Source: Solirubrobacteraceae bacterium
GTDB taxonomy: Bacteria; Actinomycetota; Thermoleophilia; Solirubrobacterales; Solirubrobacteraceae
Direction: 5' to 3'
Length of the DNA: 60,754 bases
NCBI GenBank assembly: GCA_050696795.1
Contig: JBOGYJ010000081.1
Coordinates: 1 to 60,754 of the forward strand
The position numbers and the translations under genes were made by a program. This document shows positions 37,200 through 45,439 of this stretch, one piece after another. Position 1 is the stretch's first letter; each line of letters opens with the position of its first letter. The notes beneath the pieces were generated by a model. It was not told where the DNA came from, ran no database searches, and was given only the letters and a program-made list of their open reading frames with translations.

Positions 37200-38492
37200 T
37201 CAGCCGAGCAAGGCCGCTTCCTCGCGCTGCATCCGCGCGAGGGCGACGTCGGCCTCGTAGGCGGCGAGCTGCGGGAACGCGAGCAGTGTCAAACCGACGC
37301 CGGCGATGCAGCCGATGCCGCCGATCAGCACCGAATCGAGTGGACCCACGAGTCCGGCCACCAGGCCGGACTCGATGTCTCCGAGCCTTGGCCCGCTGCT
37401 CACGACCAGGTTGTAGACCGAGCTCATGCGCCCGCGCAGGCGGTCCGGGGTGAGCGTCTGACTGATTGTCGTGCGGCACACGGCGCTGATGCCGTCGGCC
37501 CAGCCGGCGATCGCGAACAGGATCGCCGCCAGCCAGATCGAGCGCACGAGGCCGGCGCCACCGATCGCGAAACCCCAGAGCAAGACCATCGCGATCGTCC
37601 AGCGCCCCAGCCGGTTGACCTGCTGGACCCAGCCGGAGCCGAGCACCGAGATCGTGCCGCCGACCGCGATTGCCGAGTAGAGCAGGCCGGTGCCGCCGGC
37701 GCCCGCGTGATAGACGCTCAGTGCCAGCACCGCGAACAGGGCCCGCGGCATGCCGAACAGCATCGCGTTGATGTCGATCACCAGCGAGCCCGTCAGCGCC
37801 CTGTTGGATGTCACGAAGCGCAGCCCCTCGGCGATCGCCCTGCCGACCGACAGATGGTGCTCGGCCGTATGCGGCGGCTGCGGCGCGATCGCCAGCGCGG
37901 CCGCGAGCAGCGCCACGCAGCTGAGCGCGTCGGCGAGGTACATCCAGCGCACGCCCACGAGTGCGATCACGATGCCGCCGAGCCCCGGCCCGACGATCCC
38001 CGTCGCCTGAAACGTCCCATAGCTGAGCGCGAGGCCCGAGCGTAGGTGCGTGGGTCCGAGGATCTGCGGGATGATCGCGCCGCGCGTGACGCCGTCCAGC
38101 GCGGTGCAGCCCGCCAGCAGGCCACCCAGGACCAGGATCGCGATCACCGGCGGCCTGGGCAAGGCCAGCGAAACGGCGAAGAGCAGGCCGGTGACAGCGA
38201 TCACGCCCAGCTGCGCGGCGACGAGGATCGGCCTGCGGTCGCGCCGGTCCGCAATCGCGCCGCCCACCAGCGAGACGACGACCATCGGCCCCAGCTCGAA
38301 CAGCCCGAGCAGGCCGACGAGCGTGGCCGATTGCGTCAGCCTGTAGATCTGGAACGGCAGCGCCACCATCACCGCCTGGGTGCCGAGGCTCGAAACCGTG
38401 CCGCCGATCATGAGCAAGCGGAAATCGCGTGACTCCCGCACGGAAGTCACGTCCACGGCGATTCTCTTCAGCAGCCCGAGCAGAGTCCGCAA
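37200..38492 (-). CDS. MFS transporter (EntS-like)
   Basis: RDFRLL, GAIADRRDRR motif A, TPDRLRGR, ~12 TM. Confidence 0.88.
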   Translation of the reverse strand: MRTLLGLLKRIAVDVTSVRESRDFRLLMIGGTVSSLGTQAVMVALPFQIYRLTQSATLVGLLGLFELGPMVVVSLVGGAIADRRDRRPILVAAQLGVIAVTGLLFAVSLALPRPPVIAILVLGGLLAGCTALDGVTRGAIIPQILGPTHLRSGLALSYGTFQATGIVGPGLGGIVIALVGVRWMYLADALSCVALLAAALAIAPQPPHTAEHHLSVGRAIAEGLRFVTSNRALTGSLVIDINAMLFGMPRALFAVLALSVYHAGAGGTGLLYSAIAVGGTISVLGSGWVQQVNRLGRWTIAMVLLWGFAIGGAGLVRSIWLAAILFAIAGWADGISAVCRTTISQTLTPDRLRGRMSSVYNLVVSSGPRLGDIESGLVAGLVGPLDSVLIGGIGCIAGVGLTLLAFPQLAAYEADVALARMQREEAALLG

Positions 38493-38536
38493 GGTAGCGG
38501 AGTGGTCCCACAGCTCAGTCGGGTATGAATAGGGCC

Positions 38537-39502
38537 ATGCTCTCCGCCTACGCAGCTTCGATCGATCCCGAGAACCCCCTGGCCGGCCTGGTCGTCGGCG
38601 AGCGCCCGGAGCCCGCGCCGCCCGAGGGCTGGGTCACGGTCGACGTCCGCGCCGCAGCACTCAACCATCACGACATCTGGTCGCTGCGCGGTGTCGGCCT
38701 GTCGGCCGAGCGCCTGCCGATGATCCTCGGCGCAGATGCCGCCGGTATCGACCCCGATGGCAACCAGGTGGTGGTTCATGCGGTCATCCCGTCAGCGGGC
38801 TGGACCGGCGATGAGACGCTCGATCCCAAGCGCACGCTGCTCTCGGAGCTGCACCAGGGCACGCTGGCCGAGAAGGTGATGGTGCCGCGCGCCAACCTCG
38901 TGCCCAAGCCGCCGCAGCTCAGCTTCGAGCAGGCCGCCTGCCTGCCCACGGCGTGGCTGACCGCCTACCGCATGCTGTTCGTGCGCGGTCGCGTCACACC
39001 GGGCCAGACGGTGCTGGTGCAGGGTTCGAGCGGCGGCGTCGCCACCGCACTGATCACGCTCGCCGCGAGCGCCGGCATCCGCGTCTGGGCCACAGGTCGC
39101 AGCGAGCCGAAGCGCGCGCTGGCGCTCTCGCTCGGCGCCGACGCCGCCTTCGAGCCGGGCGCTCGCCTGCCCGAGCGCGTCGACGCAGTCATGGAGACGA
39201 CCGGCGCCGCCACCTGGTCGCACTCGGTCAAGGCGCTCAAGCCAGGTGGCCTGATCGTGATCTGTGGTGCCACCACCGGCGACGCCACGGCGGCCGAGCT
39301 CACGCGCATCTACTTCCTGCAGCTCTCGGTCGTCGGCTCGACGATGGGCACCCGCGGGGAGCTCGAGCGACTCATGCGCCTGATGGTCCAGCGGCAGATC
39401 GAGCCGTCGATCGGCCAGAGCATGCCGCTCTCAGAGGCGCGCAGCGGCTTCGAGGCGATGCTCGCGGGTCAGACCGGCGGGAAGGTCGTCTTCACGATCT
39501 GA
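38537..39502 (+). CDS. MDR-family oxidoreductase (quinone oxidoreductase-like)
   Basis: AAALNHHDIW, ILGADAAG, VLVQGSSGGVA, GSTMG, GKVV. Confidence 0.88.
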   Translation: MLSAYAASIDPENPLAGLVVGERPEPAPPEGWVTVDVRAAALNHHDIWSLRGVGLSAERLPMILGADAAGIDPDGNQVVVHAVIPSAGWTGDETLDPKRTLLSELHQGTLAEKVMVPRANLVPKPPQLSFEQAACLPTAWLTAYRMLFVRGRVTPGQTVLVQGSSGGVATALITLAASAGIRVWATGRSEPKRALALSLGADAAFEPGARLPERVDAVMETTGAATWSHSVKALKPGGLIVICGATTGDATAAELTRIYFLQLSVVGSTMGTRGELERLMRLMVQRQIEPSIGQSMPLSEARSGFEAMLAGQTGGKVVFTI

Positions 39503-39599
39503 GCCCGTGTGAGCCTCCGCAAGCTCAGCGCGTGAAGGCGCCCGTCAGCCTACGCGTGCAGTTGATGTCCGCGGCGAGTGCCCGGTTCGTCATCGCCGT

Positions 39600-40247
39600 C
39601 TAGACGCCGAGTCCGCCGAAGATCGCGAACGGGTTGTTGGGCGCCTCGGCCTCGACCACCCTGCTGCTCGCCTCCACCCCGATCTTGACGCTGGCGCCGG
39701 CGACCGCGCGGACACGCTCGGCGAGCTCCTTGGCGGCATCCTCGTCACCGGCTCCGACCAGCAGATAACGCCAGCGACGCAGACACGAGATGCCCTGCTG
39801 GCGGAGCCGGTCGGCGAGCTCGACGGTCTCACGGTGCGAGTCGGTGCTGACGCGCACCTCCCACTCGGCGTAGGTCAGGTGCTGCTGCCCGGCGCGCTCA
39901 CGCTCGATCATCTCGGCGTGCTCGGCCGCGACTGCCGTCTCGCTCTCGGGCAGCGGCAGGTCGGCGTCGATCCACTCTTCGGAAACGGGATGCCAGCGGC
40001 GCAGCTCGGTCCGTACGGTCACGCCGGAGCTCGCGACGAGCGACTTGACCGCCTCGATGGCCTTCTCGGCCTGTGTGCGCGCGCCGGCATACAGGAACAG
40101 CTCGTGGCCGTCGAGCGACACGATCACCCGCTCACCGGCTGCATCCTGCAGGTTGTGCCGAAAGCCGCCCTCGCGCAGCAACTCGCTGAGGTTGGCCGCT
40201 GTAGCGGTCGTCGGGCAGGTCACCTGGACTCGCCAGTCGTCGTGCAT
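39600..40247 (-). CDS. Hypothetical protein with apparent internal duplication
   Basis: AGAAAGGGA upstream of ATG; typical codon use; two similar halves. Confidence 0.7.
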   Translation of the reverse strand: MHDDWRVQVTCPTTATAANLSELLREGGFRHNLQDAAGERVIVSLDGHELFLYAGARTQAEKAIEAVKSLVASSGVTVRTELRRWHPVSEEWIDADLPLPESETAVAAEHAEMIERERAGQQHLTYAEWEVRVSTDSHRETVELADRLRQQGISCLRRWRYLLVGAGDEDAAKELAERVRAVAGASVKIGVEASSRVVEAEAPNNPFAIFGGLGV

Positions 40248-40324
40248 CGCATCCCTTTCTATGACATCCGGGCCCGCACAGCCTAGTACCCCCGTCGCCG
40301 GGGGTTCGGCGGCTTCGCGGGGAG

Positions 40325-41545
40325 CTACAGGACCGTGACCCGCATCTGCGAGGTGGGCCGACGACGGCTGCGCCGGGTCGTGCGGTAGCGGATCCTCGCC
40401 GTCCAGGTGCCCCCGGCCAGCCGGCCCACGGCCCTGTACCAGTGGCGCGACAGGCGCCGCACCCGCAGGGTGACGTGTCTTCTGCCGTGACGCGCCACCA
40501 CGCTGACGCGGAAGAGGCGGATGCCGACGTGGATCCTCAGACTGACGCGGCCGCGCGCGGTCACTCGGCTGGTGACCGCCGTCGAGAACCAGGGCTTGGT
40601 GGTGATCGGAGCGTGGCTGTGGGTCGGAGCGTCGGTGGCCGTCGGAGCGTGGGTGTGGGTCGGAGCGGCGGTGTGGGTTGCGCCCACCGCCTTGATGCCG
40701 CTCGTGGTCGCAACCGGGCTGCCCTTCCACGCACAGCTGTCGCCCGTCTGCTCGCAGGGCGGCAGCGCTTTGCGCTCCGCCGCCCAGGTGAAGCTCTCGC
40801 TGCCGCTGCCGCCCCGTGCGAAGACCTCGGCGTAAGAATCGCTGCCGGTGCCGGCGGCCGCCGCACCGCTGTAGCCGCTCGAGCTGTATCCCGCCCCGAC
40901 CGCGCAGGTTTGGCCGCACGAGCCCGAGACGCCATCGTGGAGCAGGATGTCCCGGTGCTGCCAGCAGCCCGATAGCGTGGCGCTGGAACAGTTCAGGTTC
41001 TCGCTGAAGCCGCTCCTGAAGAGGCCGTCCTCGTACATCCAATCGGCGACCACGACGATCGCGTTGGGCTCGCCTCCCGCCCAGAGTGCGTCCAGGCCGC
41101 TGGCTCCGCCGGAGGGATCCGTGCCGGCATCAGCCCCGCTGACGGCGGCGCTGTTCAGGCTGGCACTGAGCCCACCGTCGGCCGGCAGCCCGCGGGCGGT
41201 GCGCTCGAGCGCGGTGAGCACGAACAGCTGCTGGGCGACCGTGAGCGATTGCCAGTTGGCGGGCAGCTGCAGCGGTGCCAGCGCCTCGCTCCGGCGTCCG
41301 GCGTTGATCATCCCGAGCGAGTCCGTCATGCATGCGGATGAGAAGTCGCGCACGCCGGCACAGCTGCCCGGAAGGTATTCGCCGACGCCCAGCGAGTACC
41401 GCGGGTTGCCCGGGGGCAGGATCGCGGCACGTGCGTCGCGCGCCCCGGCGGACGCCGGGAATGCGGCGGCGAGCCACGCGACCACGATCGCGAGGCACGC
41501 CAGGGCAGCCGCATGCGCGGCTCGAGTCAGACGGCCGGGGATCAT
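40325..41545 (-). CDS. Secreted Cys-rich protein with CAP/SCP-like domain and basic C-terminal domain
   Basis: Signal peptide; INAGR..EAL.PL, ERTARGLP, WMYEDG, CWQHRDIL; PTHTHA repeat linker. Confidence 0.6.
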   Translation of the reverse strand: MIPGRLTRAAHAAALACLAIVVAWLAAAFPASAGARDARAAILPPGNPRYSLGVGEYLPGSCAGVRDFSSACMTDSLGMINAGRRSEALAPLQLPANWQSLTVAQQLFVLTALERTARGLPADGGLSASLNSAAVSGADAGTDPSGGASGLDALWAGGEPNAIVVVADWMYEDGLFRSGFSENLNCSSATLSGCWQHRDILLHDGVSGSCGQTCAVGAGYSSSGYSGAAAAGTGSDSYAEVFARGGSGSESFTWAAERKALPPCEQTGDSCAWKGSPVATTSGIKAVGATHTAAPTHTHAPTATDAPTHSHAPITTKPWFSTAVTSRVTARGRVSLRIHVGIRLFRVSVVARHGRRHVTLRVRRLSRHWYRAVGRLAGGTWTARIRYRTTRRSRRRPTSQMRVTVL

Positions 41546-41552
41546 CTGACTC

Positions 41553-41810
41553 TTATTCTGACCGATGGGTCAGATCGAACTCGAGCTGGAGCACCTCAGG
41601 CTCAAGCGGATCGGTCGTCGCGCGCGGCCGTCCGCGCTTCGACCAATGCCCCACGACCTCGCGGGCGCGGCAGGAGCGGTACGTGACGCGACGGTCCAGC
41701 GGCTGCAGCGAGAGGCCGCCCGGGGCATTCCCGGAAACCAGCGCATGGAACCGGCGCCCCAGCCGGTCGATCTCGACAATGTCGCCGGTCTCGATCCCTT
41801 CGACTCGCAT
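41553..41810 (-). CDS. Small hypothetical protein (SH3/KOW-like beta pattern)
   Basis: MRVEGIETGDIVEIDRLGRRFHALV; TAACCT -10 box 8 nt upstream. Confidence 0.65.
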   Translation of the reverse strand: MRVEGIETGDIVEIDRLGRRFHALVSGNAPGGLSLQPLDRRVTYRSCRAREVVGHWSKRGRPRATTDPLEPEVLQLEFDLTHRSE

Positions 41811-41824
41811 CGACTCGCAGGTTA

Positions 41825-41982
41825 GGGGTCGTGACACATTTAGTGGCAGGATTTGACGAGTGACTGAGCGTGCCCGGCAAGACCGTTTCGCAAGGCAGGT
41901 ACCGAGAGTACCTGCCGCGAGACGGGCGCAGCCAGGTGCGTTCAGACGCCGTCAAAGACGTCAATAAATGTGTCACGACCCC
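41825..41982. mobile_element. Non-autonomous MITE/REPIN-like hairpin element (alternatively a structured ncRNA)
   Basis: 19-bp perfect IR (41824-41842 / 41965-41983); TTA(G) directly repeated at both flanks; interior pairs along its whole length. Confidence 0.55.
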
Positions 41983-42064
41983 TTAGGGACTGCGGCGGAG
42001 CTTCCGTACTCCCTGGGTCTCGCCATACGACCCCGGCAAGCGCTTGACTGCAGAGCACACGACC

Positions 42065-45000
42065 ATGCTTTTGATCCATCGCGCAGAACGGGCAGACGTG
42101 TTGGCACAGGCGCTCGCCGAGATGCTGACGGACGTCCCCGCCGATCCGTTCGCCACCGAGGTGGTAGCGGTGCCCACGCGCGGGATCGAACGCTGGCTGA
42201 CCCAGCAGCTCTCGGCGCGGCTCGGGAGCCGCCCGGGCGCCTGCGACGGCGTCTGCGCGAATGTCGCTTTCCCGTTCCCAGGGACGCTCGTGGCCGAGTC
42301 GCTGGCGCTCGCCAGCGGGATCGCGCCCGGCCGCGACCCGTGGCAACCCGCACGCCTGGTGTGGCCGCTGATCGAGGTGGTCGAGGCTGCGCTCGAGGAA
42401 CCCTGGCTCGAGCCGCTGGCCCGCCACCTGGTGAGCGGTCGCGAACAGCGCTACGCCCGGCTCGCGCATGTGGCGCGCCTGTTTGACGAATACGCCGTAC
42501 GCCGCCCCGCGCTGATCGAGGCCTGGGCACGGGGCGATCTGTGCCCGCCCACCACCCCTGCCAACGTCGACGAGCGGGCGGCCGCGAGCTGGCAGCCCGA
42601 GCTGTGGCGGCGCCTGCGCGAGGCGCTGGGCGTCCCGAGCCTGGCGGAACGGCTGGCAGGGGCGTGCGCGGCGCTCGAAGCCGAGCCCGGATTGGTGACG
42701 CTGCCGAACCGCATCGCGCTGTTCGGGCTGACGCGACTCCCGCAGAGTCATCTGCGGGTGCTGACCGCGCTGGGCGCCGGCCGTGACGTGCACCTGATGC
42801 TGCTCCATCCCTCGCCGGCCATGTGGGCCAAGGACCAGGCCGAGAACCGCCTGCTCGAGTCCTGGGGTCGTGACGTACGCGGCCTGCAGACGCTCGTGCT
42901 CGGCTCCGGCCAGGACGTGCACCATCCACTCCCGGCCCAGGCGCCGGTGACGACGCTGCTCGAGGCGCTGCAGAGCGACATCCACAGCGACATCCAGCCC
43001 CCTGGCCCACCGCTGCGCCCCGGCCAGAGCGACGCGCGCATCGAGTTGATCAGCGGCGATCGTTCGATCCGCGTCCATGCCTGCCACGGCCGCGCGCGCC
43101 AGGTCGAGGTGCTGCGCGAGGCGATCCTCCACCGGCTGGCCGATGACCCGACGCTCGAGCCGCGCGACGTGATCGTGATGTGCCCCGACATCGAGTCGTT
43201 CGCGCCGCTGATCGAGGCGGCATTCGGTGGCCGGGTCGCCGACGAGCCCGCCGGCAACCCGGCCGAGCAGGCGCCAGGCGAGCCCCCCACCCTGCGCGTG
43301 CGTCTCGCCGACCGCTCGCTGCGCCGCACCACACCGACCCTGGCCGTGATCGCGCGGCTGCTCGAGTTGGCCTCGAGCCGAGTGACCGCGTCCGAGGTGC
43401 TCGACCTGGCCGACGCTGCGCCGGTGCGCGCGAGGTTCGGGTTCGACGACGATGAGCTCACCCAGATCCGCGAGTGGGTCGCGGGCGCGCACATCCACTG
43501 GGGCCTCGACGCCGCGGGCCGCGCCGCCTATAAGCTGACCGAGGTCGACGCCGGAACCTGGGCGGCGGGACTCAGGCGGCTGATGCTCGGCGTGGCGATG
43601 GACGGCGACGCCGGCGCAGCCTTCGGAGGGGTGTTGCCGGCAGCCGCGATCCAGAGCAGCCAGATCGAGCTGGCGGGCCGCTTCGGCGAGTTCGTCGACC
43701 GGCTCGACGCGGCCCTGCGCTCGCTCAGCGGGCCGCAGTCACTCGCCGGCTGGGCCGCCGCGCTGACAGCCGCGGCCGACGCGCTCACCGCCAGCCCGGC
43801 GCGCGAGTCCTGGCAACGGCACCAGCTCGACGCGATCCTGTCCGAGATCCTCGACGCAGAGGGACCCGGCCCAGCCCAGGGAGGCGCCGGTCAGCGGACC
43901 GGCGCCACCGGCAACGTCCAACTGTTCCTTGGCGAGCTGAGGGAGCTGCTCGGGTATCGGCTCGAGGGGCGCCCGACACGCGCCAACTTCCGCAGCGGGC
44001 ACCTGACCTTCTGCACGCTCGTGCCGATGCGCTCGGTGCCGCACCGCCTCGTGTGCCTGCTCGGGCTCGACGACGGGGCCTTTCCGCGCCAGACCCCGCG
44101 CGACGGCGACAACCTGCTGCTCGAGGATCGCCAGCCCGGCGACCGTGACCCACGCACGGAGGATCGCCAGCTGCTGCTCGACGCGCTGCTGGCGGCGCGG
44201 GAGGCGCTGATCGTCACCTACAGCGGCAACGATGAGCGCACCAACGCTCCGCTGCCGCCGGCCGTCCCGGTCGGCGAGCTGCTCGACGCGATCGACGCCA
44301 CCGCGCGGATCGCCGATGGCGGTCGCGCGCGCGAGCTGGTCGTCGTCCGCCACCCGCTGCAGCCCTTCGACCCGCGCAACTTCGCCGCCCACAGCTCCGA
44401 GCCGGCACGTGCCGCCGCCGGCCCCTGGAGCTTCGACCGGGCGGCGCTGGCGGGAGCGCGCGCCCTGCTCGCGCCGCGCCACGAACCACCGCCGTTCCTG
44501 CCCGAGCCGTTGCCACCGGCAAGCGGCGACCGCGTGGTGACGCTCGAGCAGCTGGTGTCCTTCGTCCAACGCCCGGTGCGCGCGTTTCTGCGCCAGCGAC
44601 TGGGCGTCTCGGCCCAGCGCGAGGAGGACGAGATCGACGATACGCTGCCGATCGAGCTCGACGGCCTCGCCCGTTGGGGTGTCGGGCAGCGACTGCTGGA
44701 CGCGGTCAGGGCGGGCATCGACCCGCGCGACGCCTACCGGGCGGAGATCGCGCGCGGGACGCTGCCGCCGGGGGCGCTCGGCGCACCGGTGATCCACTCG
44801 ATCCTGCCGACCGCCAAGGTGCTCGCCGACACCGCGGCAGCGTTCGCCGGCGGCCATCATCCGCGCTCGGAGCAGACCAATGTCGTGCTTGCCGACGGCA
44901 CCCGGCTGACCGGCACCGTCGGGGGGATTCACGGCCACCTGATGCTGGCGGTCAGCTACTCACGGCTCGGCCCGCGCCAGCGGCTCGCCGCCTGGGTGCG

Positions 45001-45439
45001 GCTGCTGGCGCTGAGCGCCGCACACCCCGAGATCGCCTTCGAGGGCGTCACGATCGGCCGCGGCGGGCGCCAGGATCCGGCTCAGATACGACGGATCCCA
45101 CAGCTCGGAGGGAGTCCCGAGGTGCGCCAGAGGACCGCGCTCGCGGAGCTCGAGCGGCTGGCTGAGCTCCGCGCGGAGGGCCTGTGCGCACCGCTGCCGC
45201 TGCCCTGCGCGACCGCCAACGCCTACGCCGAGGCGGCGCTGCAGTCGGGCGAGGATCCGGTCGCGGCGGCGATGAAGCGGTGGCGCTCGGGTTGGTATAA
45301 CGATCGCCGCATCGAGGGCGAGGGGGACGAGCCCGAGCATCGGCTCGCGCTCGGCGAGGAGCTCGACCTCGAGCGACTGGCGGAGCTCGCGACCGCGATC
45401 TGGCAACCGCTGCTCGCGCGCGAGGTGGTCGGCGGCTGA
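42065..45439 (+). CDS. recC: Exodeoxyribonuclease V gamma subunit
   Basis: IHRAERAD, VHACHGRARQVEVLRE, PRDVIVMCPDI, CTLVPMRSVPHR, HPLQPFD. Confidence 0.95.
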   Translation: MLLIHRAERADVLAQALAEMLTDVPADPFATEVVAVPTRGIERWLTQQLSARLGSRPGACDGVCANVAFPFPGTLVAESLALASGIAPGRDPWQPARLVWPLIEVVEAALEEPWLEPLARHLVSGREQRYARLAHVARLFDEYAVRRPALIEAWARGDLCPPTTPANVDERAAASWQPELWRRLREALGVPSLAERLAGACAALEAEPGLVTLPNRIALFGLTRLPQSHLRVLTALGAGRDVHLMLLHPSPAMWAKDQAENRLLESWGRDVRGLQTLVLGSGQDVHHPLPAQAPVTTLLEALQSDIHSDIQPPGPPLRPGQSDARIELISGDRSIRVHACHGRARQVEVLREAILHRLADDPTLEPRDVIVMCPDIESFAPLIEAAFGGRVADEPAGNPAEQAPGEPPTLRVRLADRSLRRTTPTLAVIARLLELASSRVTASEVLDLADAAPVRARFGFDDDELTQIREWVAGAHIHWGLDAAGRAAYKLTEVDAGTWAAGLRRLMLGVAMDGDAGAAFGGVLPAAAIQSSQIELAGRFGEFVDRLDAALRSLSGPQSLAGWAAALTAAADALTASPARESWQRHQLDAILSEILDAEGPGPAQGGAGQRTGATGNVQLFLGELRELLGYRLEGRPTRANFRSGHLTFCTLVPMRSVPHRLVCLLGLDDGAFPRQTPRDGDNLLLEDRQPGDRDPRTEDRQLLLDALLAAREALIVTYSGNDERTNAPLPPAVPVGELLDAIDATARIADGGRARELVVVRHPLQPFDPRNFAAHSSEPARAAAGPWSFDRAALAGARALLAPRHEPPPFLPEPLPPASGDRVVTLEQLVSFVQRPVRAFLRQRLGVSAQREEDEIDDTLPIELDGLARWGVGQRLLDAVRAGIDPRDAYRAEIARGTLPPGALGAPVIHSILPTAKVLADTAAAFAGGHHPRSEQTNVVLADGTRLTGTVGGIHGHLMLAVSYSRLGPRQRLAAWVRLLALSAAHPEIAFEGVTIGRGGRQDPAQIRRIPQLGGSPEVRQRTALAELERLAELRAEGLCAPLPLPCATANAYAEAALQSGEDPVAAAMKRWRSGWYNDRRIEGEGDEPEHRLALGEELDLERLAELATAIWQPLLAREVVGG

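Noticed and set aside
41824..41983. 6S RNA or SRP RNA
   Set aside because: No large central bubble and no SRP helix-8 consensus; kept only as an unclassified hairpin.
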